NCBI RefSeq assembly: GCF_041919775.1 | Contig: NZ_JAYRTE010000006.1 | Location: 13,862 to 77,861, forward strand | Direction: 5' to 3' | From: Arenimonas sp. | GTDB taxonomy: Bacteria; Pseudomonadota; Gammaproteobacteria; Xanthomonadales; Xanthomonadaceae | Length of the DNA: 64,000 nucleotides | Part shown: one piece after another, positions 18,902 through 30,055 of the stretch | Layout of the letters: every line of letters begins with the position of its first letter | Numbering within the stretch: the first letter of the stretch is position 1 | Position numbers and translations under genes: made by a program | The notes under the pieces: generated by a model | What the model was told of the DNA's origin: nothing | Seen by the model: only the letters and a program-made list of their open reading frames with translations | The model's database searches: none

Positions 18902-19987
18902 ATGCCGACCACCCCGCCCGCGACCGCCCTTGCTTCCGCCACCGCGCTGCCCGCCGGCCACTACGCCGGCGAGGCCGCGTTCCAACGTGACCAGCGCGCG
19001 GTTTTCGGGCGCAGCTGGCAGCTGGTGGCGCATGCCGGCCTGCTGGCCGAAGCCGGCGACCACGTCGTCGACCAGCTCGGGCGCCTGCCGGTGATCGTGG
19101 TGCGCGGCGCCGACGGCGTGCTGCGCGCGTTCGCGAATGTCTGCCGGCACCGCGCCGGACCGCTGGCCCTGTGCAACGGCAGGGGCGCGCGGGCGCTGCA
19201 CTGCAGGTACCACGGCTGGAGCTATTCGCTCGACGGCCAACTGAAGTCCGCGCCGGAGATGCAGGAGGCCGCGGATTTCGACGTGGCCGGCATCCGGCTG
19301 CCGGCGCTGCGCGTCGCCGAGTGGCAGGGGCTGGTGTTCGTCGCGGCCGGCGAGGACGTGCCCGGCTTCGACGAGGTATACGGCGGCATCGCCGAACGTT
19401 TCGCGCCGATCGACCTGGCCGCGCTGCGTTTCGCCCGCCGCGACCACTACGACCTGGCCTGCGACTGGAAGGTGTACGTGGACAACTTCCTCGAGGGTTA
19501 CCACCTGCCGCACGTGCACCCGGGGCTGTCGAAGGTGCTCGACTACCGCGCCTACGACACCGAGCTGCAGCCCTGGAAGTCGCTGCAGTTTTCGCCGCTG
19601 CGCGACGCCGGGGGTGCCAGCGCCTACGGCGAGGGCGAAGCCTTTTACTGGTTCGTGTACCCGAACGTGATGCTCAACATCCTGCCCGGCCGGCTGCAGA
19701 CCAACCGCGTGCTGGCGCTGGACCCGGGCCGCTGCCGGGTGGAGTTCGACTATTACTACGCACCCGGGCCGGCCGGCGAGGCGCTGGCCGCCGCCGATCG
19801 CGAGTTCAGCGACGAGGTGCAGGCCGAGGACATCGCCATCTGCGAAGCCGTGCAGCGCGGGCTGGAATCGGGCAGCTACGAGGCCGGGCGGCTGTGCCCG
19901 AAGCGCGAGTCGGGCGTCTGGCATTTCCACAACCAGCTGCGTGCGGCGTATGCCGCCGACGCGCCGGCCGCCGACGAGCCCGCCTGA
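18902..19987 (+). CDS. Rieske [2Fe-2S] non-heme iron oxygenase alpha subunit
   Basis: CRHRAGPL-x17-CRYHGWSY Rieske motif. NFLEGYHLPHVH mononuclear-iron ligand region. Confidence 0.85.
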   Translation: MPTTPPATALASATALPAGHYAGEAAFQRDQRAVFGRSWQLVAHAGLLAEAGDHVVDQLGRLPVIVVRGADGVLRAFANVCRHRAGPLALCNGRGARALHCRYHGWSYSLDGQLKSAPEMQEAADFDVAGIRLPALRVAEWQGLVFVAAGEDVPGFDEVYGGIAERFAPIDLAALRFARRDHYDLACDWKVYVDNFLEGYHLPHVHPGLSKVLDYRAYDTELQPWKSLQFSPLRDAGGASAYGEGEAFYWFVYPNVMLNILPGRLQTNRVLALDPGRCRVEFDYYYAPGPAGEALAAADREFSDEVQAEDIAICEAVQRGLESGSYEAGRLCPKRESGVWHFHNQLRAAYAADAPAADEPA

Positions 19988-22047
19988 TGCGCGATCCGCG
20001 TTACGACCCGCTGTTCGAGCCGATCCGCATCGGCCCGGTGACCGCGAAAAACCGCTTTTTCCAGGTGCCGCACTGCAATGGCATGGGCCACGCGATGCCG
20101 CTCGCGCACGCGGCCATGCGCGAGGTGAAGGCCGAGGGCGGCTGGGCCGTGGTGTCCACCGAAGAGTGCGAGATCCACCCCAGCTCCGACCTCACGCCCT
20201 ACGTCGAAGCGCGGCTTTGGGACGACCGCGACATCCCGGCCCTGGCGCTGATGTGCGAGAAGGTGCACGCCTTTGGCGCACTCGCTGCCGTGGAGCTGAC
20301 CCACAACGGTCCCGCTGCCTCGAACCTGTTTTCGCGCGAAGTGCTGCTGGCGCCTTCGCACCAGCCGACCAAATACGGCTACCCGCACCAGGCACGTGCC
20401 ATGGACAAGGCCGACATCCGCGACTACCGGCGCTGGCACCGCGAGGCCGCCGTGCGCGGCATGAAAGCCGGCATGGACATCGTGTACGTGTACGCCGCCC
20501 ACGACCTGTCGCTGGCGATGCATTTCCTGCAGCGCCGCCGCAACCAGCGCGGCGATGAATACGGCGGCTCGCTGGAAAACCGCGTGCGCCTGCTGCGCGA
20601 ACTGATCGAGGACACGAAGGACGCCGTCGGCCACCGCTGCGGCGTGGCCCTGCGTTTCGCCACCGAAGAAATGCTGGGGCCGGGCGGCGTCGAGCTGGCC
20701 GAGGCACGCGACATCGTGGCCATGCTGGCCGAGCTTCCCGACCTGTGGGACGTGAACGTCAGCGCCTGGTACAACGACTCGCTGCCCTCGCGTTTCGGTA
20801 GCGAGGGCGCCCAGGAACCCTTCGTCGATTTCGTCAAGAAGACGACCAGCAAACCGGTCGTCGGCGTCGGTCGTTTCACTTCGCCGGACACCATGGTCTC
20901 GCAGCTGCGCCGCGGCGTGATCGACATCATCGGCGCCGCGCGCCCGTCTATCGCCGACCCCTTCCTGCCGCGCAAGATCGAAGAAGGCCGGCCCGAGGAC
21001 ATCCGCGAATGCATCGGCTGCAACGTCTGCGTCTCGGGCGACAACACCGTCTCGCCGATCCGCTGCACCCAGAACCCGAGCATGGGCGAGGAGTGGCGAA
21101 AGGGCTGGCACCCGGAACGCATCGCGCCCGCGCGCAAACCCGCCAGGGTGCTGGTGGTCGGTGGCGGTCCGGCCGGCCTGGAAGCGGCCCGCGCGCTGGG
21201 CCAGCGCGGCTTCGAGGTCTCGCTGGCCGAGGCCTCGAGGGAGCTGGGTGGCCGCGTCAGCCGCGAAGCCCGCCTGCCCGGCCTGGCCGAATGGGCGCGC
21301 GTGCGCGACTGGCGCCTGGGGCAGATCAACAAGCTGGCGAACGTCGCGACCTATCTTGACTCGCGTCTCGAGCCAGCCGACGTAATCGAGTTCGGCGCCG
21401 ACCACGTGGTCATCGCCACCGGCGCCCGCTGGCGCCGCGACGGTTTCGGCCGCAGCCACGCACCGGCCATCGAAGGCTTCGAGAACAATGCGCGGGTGTT
21501 CACCCCGGATGACCTGATGGGCGGCCGCCTGCCCGAAGGCCAGGTGGTGGTTTTCGACGACGACGGCGGTTACCACGCCACCGTGGCCGCCGAACTTCTG
21601 GCGAAGTCCGGATGCCGCGTGCATTTCGTGACGCCCGAGGACGTGGTCGCGCCCTGGGGCCAGTTCACGCTCGAGTACCGGCATGTGCGCAAGCGCCTCG
21701 CCGAGCTGGGCGTGCAGGTGCGTGTCTCGAAGGTGGTTGCCGGTTACGAAGGCCGCTCCCTGCGCCTCGAGGATGCCTGGTCGGGCGAAATCCGTGAGCT
21801 GCCCGCGGACGCCGTGGTGTCGGTGACCGCGCGGATTCCGGATGACGCGCTGTTCCAGTCGCTGCGCAGGGAGCTCGCGGACCAGACCGGAAGGGCCGCG
21901 TTTTCCCTGCATCGCATCGGCGACTGCGAGGCGCCCGGCCTGATCGCGCATGCGGTGTACGCCGGCCACGCACTGGCGCAGGGCCTGGGCGAACTCGCGA
22001 CCGAAGGCGTGCCCTTCCGTCGGCATTTCCACCACGACATCGGCTAG
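19987..22047 (+). CDS. FMN/4Fe-4S/NAD(P)H oxidoreductase (OYE-like, trimethylamine dehydrogenase / 2,4-dienoyl-CoA reductase family)
   Basis: N-terminal PVTAKNRFFQVPHCNGMG, CIGCNVC cluster motif, VVGGGPAGLEAA dinucleotide fold; 686 aa. The ATG shares one base with the Rieske stop (TGATG). Confidence 0.85.
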   Translation: MRDPRYDPLFEPIRIGPVTAKNRFFQVPHCNGMGHAMPLAHAAMREVKAEGGWAVVSTEECEIHPSSDLTPYVEARLWDDRDIPALALMCEKVHAFGALAAVELTHNGPAASNLFSREVLLAPSHQPTKYGYPHQARAMDKADIRDYRRWHREAAVRGMKAGMDIVYVYAAHDLSLAMHFLQRRRNQRGDEYGGSLENRVRLLRELIEDTKDAVGHRCGVALRFATEEMLGPGGVELAEARDIVAMLAELPDLWDVNVSAWYNDSLPSRFGSEGAQEPFVDFVKKTTSKPVVGVGRFTSPDTMVSQLRRGVIDIIGAARPSIADPFLPRKIEEGRPEDIRECIGCNVCVSGDNTVSPIRCTQNPSMGEEWRKGWHPERIAPARKPARVLVVGGGPAGLEAARALGQRGFEVSLAEASRELGGRVSREARLPGLAEWARVRDWRLGQINKLANVATYLDSRLEPADVIEFGADHVVIATGARWRRDGFGRSHAPAIEGFENNARVFTPDDLMGGRLPEGQVVVFDDDGGYHATVAAELLAKSGCRVHFVTPEDVVAPWGQFTLEYRHVRKRLAELGVQVRVSKVVAGYEGRSLRLEDAWSGEIRELPADAVVSVTARIPDDALFQSLRRELADQTGRAAFSLHRIGDCEAPGLIAHAVYAGHALAQGLGELATEGVPFRRHFHHDIG

Positions 22048-22078
22048 CCTTTCAGTCCCCCCGGCCCGAGTGTCCCCC

Positions 22079-23128
22079 ATGGCGAAACGTCGCTTCGTGT
22101 TATCCGTGGCAGGCCTGCTGGCCACTGCCGGCGTTCTTTTCCTTGGCTACCGCTTCACCCCTCGCGCCGACGCGCAGGCCGATGCGGAAACAGCGCCCGC
22201 GCCGTCGGCGCAGCGCGCGGGGATTGCCGCCGCGGCCCGTCCTGCAGCCCCGACTGATGAACCACTGCCCCCGCTGGACGTGCCGCTCGCCCGCGCGCTT
22301 CCGGCGCTGCAGCGCCAGGCCGCCGCCGGCGTGCCCGCCGCCGCCTGCCGGCTGGCCGCCGAATACCAGAACTGCCTGTCGCTGCCGCAGCAACGCGAGG
22401 AACTCGCGGCCTGGCTCGCCCAGCGTCGGCGGGCGTTTGAGCTGATGACGGCCGACGGCACACGGACCGGGAACGTGGACATCTTCCAGCGCAGCTTCGA
22501 ACAGGAACTGGCCCTGCGCGAGCGCAAACTAGCCCCGCGCGAACGCCGCTGCGAGGGCGTGGAGCTTCCCGCGCCTGCCGACGTGCTGCGCCAGTGGCGG
22601 CAGGCGGCGCTGCTGGGAAACACGACCGCGATGCGCTACTACGCCAGCGGCACCGCCTTCCGGTGGTCGAACGTGCTCGACTCGGCCGACATGCTGGCGG
22701 CCTACCGCAACGAGGCGCCGGCCATGGCCTGGTCGCTGGTGCGCCAGGGCGACCTGCTGATGACGCTGCGGGTCGCAAGCGCCGCGTCTTCGCTCACCCG
22801 CTTCAGTCCGGGCCTTCTCGACCAGGTCATCGAAGATGATCCGGCGCTGGCCCTGGCGCTATACCGGCGGATGCTCGATGCGTTGGACGGCCAGGACGGT
22901 CACAACGAACGCAGCTTCAGGCACGACCTCGAGCGCAAGATCGACCTGGTTGAACAGGCATCCACGCCCGAACAGGTCCAGGAGGCCACGCGCCGCTCGC
23001 TGGAACTGCAGTCCTGGGCACCGCTGTCGCTGCGCGGCCTGGGTCCCTACACGGGCGCGGACAGTTCACGCCTGCCGGCCAACGCGGCCGCCTGCCAGGG
23101 CGTCGCCCTGCCACGTCCGCCGGGCTGA
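22079..23128 (+). CDS. hypothetical N-terminally anchored protein
   Basis: MAKRRFVLSVAGLLATAGVLFLGY anchor, then a helical Ala/Leu-rich body. No family recognised. Confidence 0.5.
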   Translation: MAKRRFVLSVAGLLATAGVLFLGYRFTPRADAQADAETAPAPSAQRAGIAAAARPAAPTDEPLPPLDVPLARALPALQRQAAAGVPAAACRLAAEYQNCLSLPQQREELAAWLAQRRRAFELMTADGTRTGNVDIFQRSFEQELALRERKLAPRERRCEGVELPAPADVLRQWRQAALLGNTTAMRYYASGTAFRWSNVLDSADMLAAYRNEAPAMAWSLVRQGDLLMTLRVASAASSLTRFSPGLLDQVIEDDPALALALYRRMLDALDGQDGHNERSFRHDLERKIDLVEQASTPEQVQEATRRSLELQSWAPLSLRGLGPYTGADSSRLPANAAACQGVALPRPPG

Positions 23129-23135
23129 TGCCGGC

Positions 23136-24897
<1,762 letters not shown>

Positions 24898-24908
<11 letters not shown>

Positions 24909-25479
24909 CGACGGCTACGAGCTCACGCGCCGGATCCGCGACGGGGAAGGCCATGGCCACCACACCGCGATCGTCGCGCTGACCGCCAACGCGCTGCAGG
25001 GCGAAGCGGAGCGTTGCCTGGCCGCGGGCATGGACGGTTACCTGGCCAAGCCCCTGGTCATCGACGACCTGCGCCAGGCGCTGGAGCGCTGGCTGCCGGC
25101 GCCGGAGGAAGGCAGCGGCGCGACGGTGACGCTGGCCACGGGCCTGTCGCTGAACGTGCTGCGCGGCTTCGTGGGCGACGAGCCGGGCGCGGCCTTCGAT
25201 TTCCTCGGCAGGTTCCACGACAACGCCGCGCGCACCCATGCCCGGATCGAGGCTGCCTGGCAGGCTCAGGACGCGGTGGCCGTCGGCGAGCAGGCCCATT
25301 CGCTCAAGACCTCGGCGCGCATGGTCGGGGCCCAGGCCCTGGCCCGCCTGTGCGAACAGCTGGAGGATGCCGGCCCGCGGGGCGATGCGCAGGCCGTCGA
25401 AGCGCTGATGCCCCGCTACCGGGATGAACTCGCACGCGTGCTGGCGCACGCCACCCAGCTGCTCTCGCAGAGGGGCTGA
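24898..25479 (+). pseudogene. 5'-truncated receiver (C-terminal half) plus Hpt domain fragment
   Basis: Begins at MPGIDGYELTRRIR, the segment after the phospho-acceptor Asp, and runs to AKPL. Followed by Hpt HSLKTSARMVGAQALARLCEQLE. The N-terminal half of REC is absent. Confidence 0.7.
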
Positions 25480-25545
25480 GCCCACGGGGTGCCCCGGCCG
25501 CCGACATCCCGGATAATGGCGGGCTCCGCGTCCCCGAGTCCCGCC

Positions 25546-28155
25546 ATGAATTCCACGTTCCGCAAGCCGCTGCCCGGCACCTCCCTGGATTATTTCGACG
25601 CCCGCGAAGCGGTCGAGGCCCTGCAGCCCGGCGCCTGGGACGGCCTGCCCTACGTGTCGCGGGTGCTGGCGGAAAACCTGGTGCGGCGCTGCGAGCCGGC
25701 GGCGCTGGACGATTCGCTGCGCCAGCTCATCGAACGCAAGCGCGACCTCGATTTCCCGTGGTTCCCGGCGCGCGTGGTCTGCCACGACATCCTGGGCCAG
25801 ACCGCGCTGGTGGACCTGGCCGGATTGCGCGATGCCATCGCTGACCAGGGCGGCGACCCGGCTCAGGTGAACCCGGTGGTGCCGGTGCAGCTGATCGTCG
25901 ACCACTCGCTGGCGGTGGAATGCGGAGGCTTCGACCCGGACGCCTTCGGCAAGAACCGCGCGATCGAAGACCGCCGCAACGCCGACCGCTTCCACTTCAT
26001 CGACTGGACCAAGCTGGCCTTCAAGAACGTCGACGTCATCCCGCCGGGCAACGGGATCATGCACCAGATCAACCTGGAGAAGATGTCGCCGGTGATCGGC
26101 GTCACCGACGGCGTTGCGTATCCCGACACCTGCGTCGGTACCGACAGCCACACGCCGCATGTGGACGCGCTGGGCGTGATCGCCATCGGCGTCGGTGGCC
26201 TGGAGGCCGAGAGCGTGATGCTGGGCCGCGCGTCCTGGATGCGCCTGCCCGACATCGTCGGCGTCGAGCTCACCGGCAGGCCGGGCCCGGGCATCACCGC
26301 CACCGACGTGGTGCTGTCGCTCACCCAGTTCCTGCGCCAGCAGAAGGTCGTCGGCGCCTGGCTCGAATTCCACGGCGAAGGCGCGAAGGCGCTGGGCCTG
26401 GGTGACCGCGCCACCATTTCCAACATGGCGCCCGAATACGGCGCCACCGCGGCGATGTTCTTCATCGACGACAACACGCTCGACTACCTGCGCCTGACCG
26501 GCCGCAGCGACGAGCAGGTGGCCCTGGTCGAAACCTACGCAAAAACCGCCGGGCTCTGGGCCGACGCGCTGGCCGGCGCGCGCTACGAGCGTTCGCTGCA
26601 GTTCGATCTTTCCAGTGTCGTGCGCACCATGGCCGGGCCGTCCAACCCGCATGCGCGCGTCGCCACCAGCGAGCTGGCCGCCGAGGGCATCGCCGGCGAC
26701 CTCGCCCCGGGCCGCGCCCAGGAAGCCGAGGGCCTGATGCCCGACGGCGCGGTGATCATCGCCGCCATCACCTCGTGCACGAACACCTCGAACCCGCGCA
26801 ACGTCATCGCCGCCGGCCTGCTGGCGAAGAAGGCCAACGCGCTGGGCCTCACGCGCAAGCCCTGGGTCAAGAGCTCGCTGGCGCCGGGATCGAAGACCGT
26901 GGCGCTGTACCTGGAAGAGGCCGGCCTCAAACAGGAGCTCGAGAAGCTGGGCTTCGGCATCGTCGCCTTCGCCTGCACCACCTGCAACGGCATGTCCGGT
27001 GCGCTGGATCCGAAGATCCAGCAGGAAATCATCGACCGCGACCTCTATGCCACGGCCGTGCTCAGCGGCAACCGCAACTTCGACGGCCGCATCCACCCCT
27101 ACGCCAAGCAGGCATTCCTGGCCTCGCCGGCGCTGGTGGTGGCCTACGCCATCGCCGGCACCATCCGCTTCGACATCGAGAAGGATGCGCTGGGTTACGA
27201 CGCCAACGGCAAGCCGGTGACGCTGAAGGACCTTTGGCCCAGTGACACCGAGATCGACGCGCTGGTGAAGTCGGCGGTGAAGCCCGAGCAGTTCCGCAGC
27301 GTTTACGAGCCGATGTTCAAGATCGCCGTGGAGTCGGGCGAGAAGGTGGCGCCGCTTTACGACTGGCGCCCGCAGAGCACCTACATCCGTCGCCCGCCGT
27401 ACTGGGAGGGCGCGCTGGCCAGGCCGCGCACGCTCACCGGCATGCGCCCGCTGGCGCTGCTGGGCGACAACATCACCACCGACCATCTTTCGCCGTCGAA
27501 CGCGATCATGGCTTCGAGCGCGGCCGGCGAGTACCTGGCGAAGATGGGCGTGCCGGAGGAGGACTTCAATTCCTACGCCACGCATCGCGGCGACCACCTC
27601 ACGGCGCAGCGCGCGACCTTCGCCAACCCGAAGCTGTTCAACGAGATGGTGCTCGAGGACGGCAAGGTGAAGCAGGGTTCGCTGGCGCGCATCGAGCCCG
27701 AGGGCAAGGTGACGCGCATGTGGGAAGCGATCGAAACCTACATGGACCGCGGCCAGCCGCTGATCATCGTCGCGGGCGCCGACTACGGGCAGGGCAGCTC
27801 CCGCGACTGGGCGGCCAAGGGCGTGCGGCTTGCGGGCGTCGAGGCGATCGCCGCCGAAGGCTTCGAGCGCATCCACCGCACCAACCTGATCGGCATGGGC
27901 GTGCTGCCGCTGCAGTTCCAGGCCGGCACCACCCGCAAGACGCTCGGCCTGGACGGCACCGAAACCTATGACGTCACCGGCGAACGCACCCCGGGCGCGA
28001 TCCTCACGCTGGTGGTGAACCGCCGCGACGGCAGCCGCGTCGAGGTGCCGGTCACCTGCCGCCTGGACACAGCCGAGGAAGTGTCGATCTACGAGGCCGG
28101 CGGCGTGCTTCAGCGCTTTGCACAGGATTTCCTGGAGGCCAGCCAGGCCGCCTGA
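25546..28155 (+). CDS. acnD: Fe/S-dependent 2-methylisocitrate/2-methylcitrate dehydratase (aconitase AcnD type)
   Basis: Aconitase motifs GTDSHTP, ITSCTNTSNP and CTTCNG; about 869 aa; a prpF gene lies downstream. Confidence 0.85.
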   Translation: MNSTFRKPLPGTSLDYFDAREAVEALQPGAWDGLPYVSRVLAENLVRRCEPAALDDSLRQLIERKRDLDFPWFPARVVCHDILGQTALVDLAGLRDAIADQGGDPAQVNPVVPVQLIVDHSLAVECGGFDPDAFGKNRAIEDRRNADRFHFIDWTKLAFKNVDVIPPGNGIMHQINLEKMSPVIGVTDGVAYPDTCVGTDSHTPHVDALGVIAIGVGGLEAESVMLGRASWMRLPDIVGVELTGRPGPGITATDVVLSLTQFLRQQKVVGAWLEFHGEGAKALGLGDRATISNMAPEYGATAAMFFIDDNTLDYLRLTGRSDEQVALVETYAKTAGLWADALAGARYERSLQFDLSSVVRTMAGPSNPHARVATSELAAEGIAGDLAPGRAQEAEGLMPDGAVIIAAITSCTNTSNPRNVIAAGLLAKKANALGLTRKPWVKSSLAPGSKTVALYLEEAGLKQELEKLGFGIVAFACTTCNGMSGALDPKIQQEIIDRDLYATAVLSGNRNFDGRIHPYAKQAFLASPALVVAYAIAGTIRFDIEKDALGYDANGKPVTLKDLWPSDTEIDALVKSAVKPEQFRSVYEPMFKIAVESGEKVAPLYDWRPQSTYIRRPPYWEGALARPRTLTGMRPLALLGDNITTDHLSPSNAIMASSAAGEYLAKMGVPEEDFNSYATHRGDHLTAQRATFANPKLFNEMVLEDGKVKQGSLARIEPEGKVTRMWEAIETYMDRGQPLIIVAGADYGQGSSRDWAAKGVRLAGVEAIAAEGFERIHRTNLIGMGVLPLQFQAGTTRKTLGLDGTETYDVTGERTPGAILTLVVNRRDGSRVEVPVTCRLDTAEEVSIYEAGGVLQRFAQDFLEASQAA

Positions 28156-28215
28156 ATCGCCTGACGGCCAGGCGGGGCTGTTGGCGGATTGCCGGGGTCC
28201 GGGGAGCGGCGTAAA

Positions 28216-28242
28216 CTCCTATGGCAATCTTTGCCATAGGAG
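28216..28242. promoter_or_regulatory. perfect 12-bp inverted repeat CTCCTATGGCAA-TCT-TTGCCATAGGAG, candidate ParD operator
   Basis: Read directly from the sequence. The right arm contains the AGGAG RBS 6 nt before the parD GTG. Confidence 0.5.
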
Positions 28243-28248
28243 CCTGCC

Positions 28249-28485
28249 GTGGCCACCATGAACATCTCGCTGCCCGATGACCTCAAGGCCTTCGTCGATG
28301 CCCAGGTGGCTGAGCACGCCTACGGCTCGAGCAGCGAGTACCTGCGCGAACTGATCCGTAAGCAGCGGGACGTCGAAAAACTGCGCGGCCTGTTGATGGA
28401 TGGGCTCAATTCGGGGCCGCCGATCCCGATGGAGGCTGATTTTTTCGACAAGTTGCGTGAAAAGGCCCGGGCAAGGGCCAGGTGA
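28249..28485 (+). CDS. parD: type II antitoxin, ParD/CopG (RHH) family
   Basis: MNISLPDDLKAFVDAQV...YGSSSEYLRELIRKQ is the ParD-type ribbon-helix-helix signature; 78 aa. GTGA overlap with the toxin gene. Confidence 0.85.
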   Translation: MATMNISLPDDLKAFVDAQVAEHAYGSSSEYLRELIRKQRDVEKLRGLLMDGLNSGPPIPMEADFFDKLREKARARAR

Positions 28486-28808
28486 GGCAGGTCAGATGGC
28501 AGCCGCTTGCGCTTGGCGACGTTGCCGAGGCGGCGGCCTGGTACGGGCTGCAGGGCGACGCCGCGCTCGAAATCGCGTTCGCCGATTCGCTCGAAGTGGC
28601 CATAACGCGCATTGCACGTAACCCGGGCATCGGGTCCGGCCGCTATGGCGAGCTGCTCCGGATTGAAGGCCTGCGCCATTGGCCGCTCAGGAAGTTCCCC
28701 CACCTCGTTTTCTATTTTGATCGCGAGCCCTATCTGGATGTCTGGCGTGTCCTGCAGTCGCAGCGCGACGTCCCGGCCTGGATCGCAACTCCACAGGAAT
28801 CCCGATGA
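28482..28808 (+). CDS. parE: type II toxin, ParE/RelE family
   Basis: 108 aa. The C-terminal FPHLVFYFDREPYLDVWRVLQSQRD pattern is typical of ParE. Paired with the upstream ParD. Confidence 0.85.
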   Translation: MRQVRWQPLALGDVAEAAAWYGLQGDAALEIAFADSLEVAITRIARNPGIGSGRYGELLRIEGLRHWPLRKFPHLVFYFDREPYLDVWRVLQSQRDVPAWIATPQESR

Positions 28809-29998
28809 CCCACGCACCCCAACTCAAGATCGCCGCCACCTACCTGCGCGGCGGCACCTCGAAGGGCGTGTTCTTCCGCCTCGAAGACCTGCCCGAAGCG
28901 GCGCGGATTCCCGGCCCGGCGCGCGACGCGCTGCTGATGCGCGTCATCGGCTCGCCCGACCCCTACGGCAAGCACACCGACGGCATGGGCGGCGCCACCA
29001 GCAGCACCAGCAAGTGCGTGATCATCAGCAAGGCCAGCCAGCCGGGCCATGACGTCGATTACCTCTACGGCCAGGTGTCCATCGACACGGCCTTCGTGGA
29101 TTGGTCGGGCAACTGCGGCAACCTCAGCACCGCGGTCGGTCCGTTCGCCATCGCCAACGGTTTCATCGACAAGTCGCGCCTGCCGGAGAACGGCGTGTTC
29201 GCGGTGAAGGTGTGGCAGGCCAACATCGGCAAGACCATCGTCTGCCACGTGCCCATCACCAACGGCGAAGTGCAGGAAACCGGCGACTTCGAGCTCGACG
29301 GCGTCACCTTCCCGGCGGCGGAGATCGTGCTCGAGTTCATGGACCCGGCCGACGACGGCGAGGACGGCGGCGCGCTGTTCCCGACCGGCAAGCTGGTCGA
29401 CACGCTCGAGGTGCCCGGCGTCGGCAGCTTCGAGGCCACGATGATCAACTCCGGCATCCCGACCATCTTCGTGCGCGCGAAGGACATCGGCTACACCGGC
29501 ACCGAGCTGCAGGACGCGATCAACGGCGACCCGGCGGCGCTGGCGCGCTTCGAAGCCATCCGCGCCCACGGCGCGGTGCGCATGGGGCTGATCGGCGATG
29601 TCTCCGAAGCGCCGAAGCGCCAGCACACGCCCAAGATCGCCTTCGTCGCCCCGGCCACCGACCACGTCGCCAGCAGCGGCAAGGCGATTGCTGCTGGCGA
29701 CATCGACCTGTGCGTGCGCGCGCTGTCGATGGGCAAGCTGCACCACGCGATGATGGGCACCTGCGCGGTGGCCATCGGCACCGCTGCCGCCATCCCGGGC
29801 ACGCTGGTGAACGAAGCGGCCGGCGGCGGCGAACGCCAGGCCGTGCGCTTCGGACACCCCAGCGGCACCCTGCGCGTGGGCGCCGAAGCCACGCTGGTGG
29901 ACGGCCAGTGGCAGGTGCGCAAGGCGATCATGAGCCGCAGTGCCCGCGTGCTGATGGAGGGCGCGGTACGGGTGCCGGCCGATACGATCGCGTCCTGA
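28805..29998 (+). CDS. prpF: 2-methylaconitate cis-trans isomerase
   Basis: IAATYLRGGTSKGVFF N-terminus and GNCGN motif of the PrpF family. The ATG overlaps the parE stop (ATGA). Confidence 0.9.
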   Translation: MTHAPQLKIAATYLRGGTSKGVFFRLEDLPEAARIPGPARDALLMRVIGSPDPYGKHTDGMGGATSSTSKCVIISKASQPGHDVDYLYGQVSIDTAFVDWSGNCGNLSTAVGPFAIANGFIDKSRLPENGVFAVKVWQANIGKTIVCHVPITNGEVQETGDFELDGVTFPAAEIVLEFMDPADDGEDGGALFPTGKLVDTLEVPGVGSFEATMINSGIPTIFVRAKDIGYTGTELQDAINGDPAALARFEAIRAHGAVRMGLIGDVSEAPKRQHTPKIAFVAPATDHVASSGKAIAAGDIDLCVRALSMGKLHHAMMGTCAVAIGTAAAIPGTLVNEAAGGGERQAVRFGHPSGTLRVGAEATLVDGQWQVRKAIMSRSARVLMEGAVRVPADTIAS

Positions 29999-30055
29999 CC
30001 GGCCGCAAACACCGCGTCGGTTAACATGGCCGGCATCGGAACCAGGAGCCACGCC

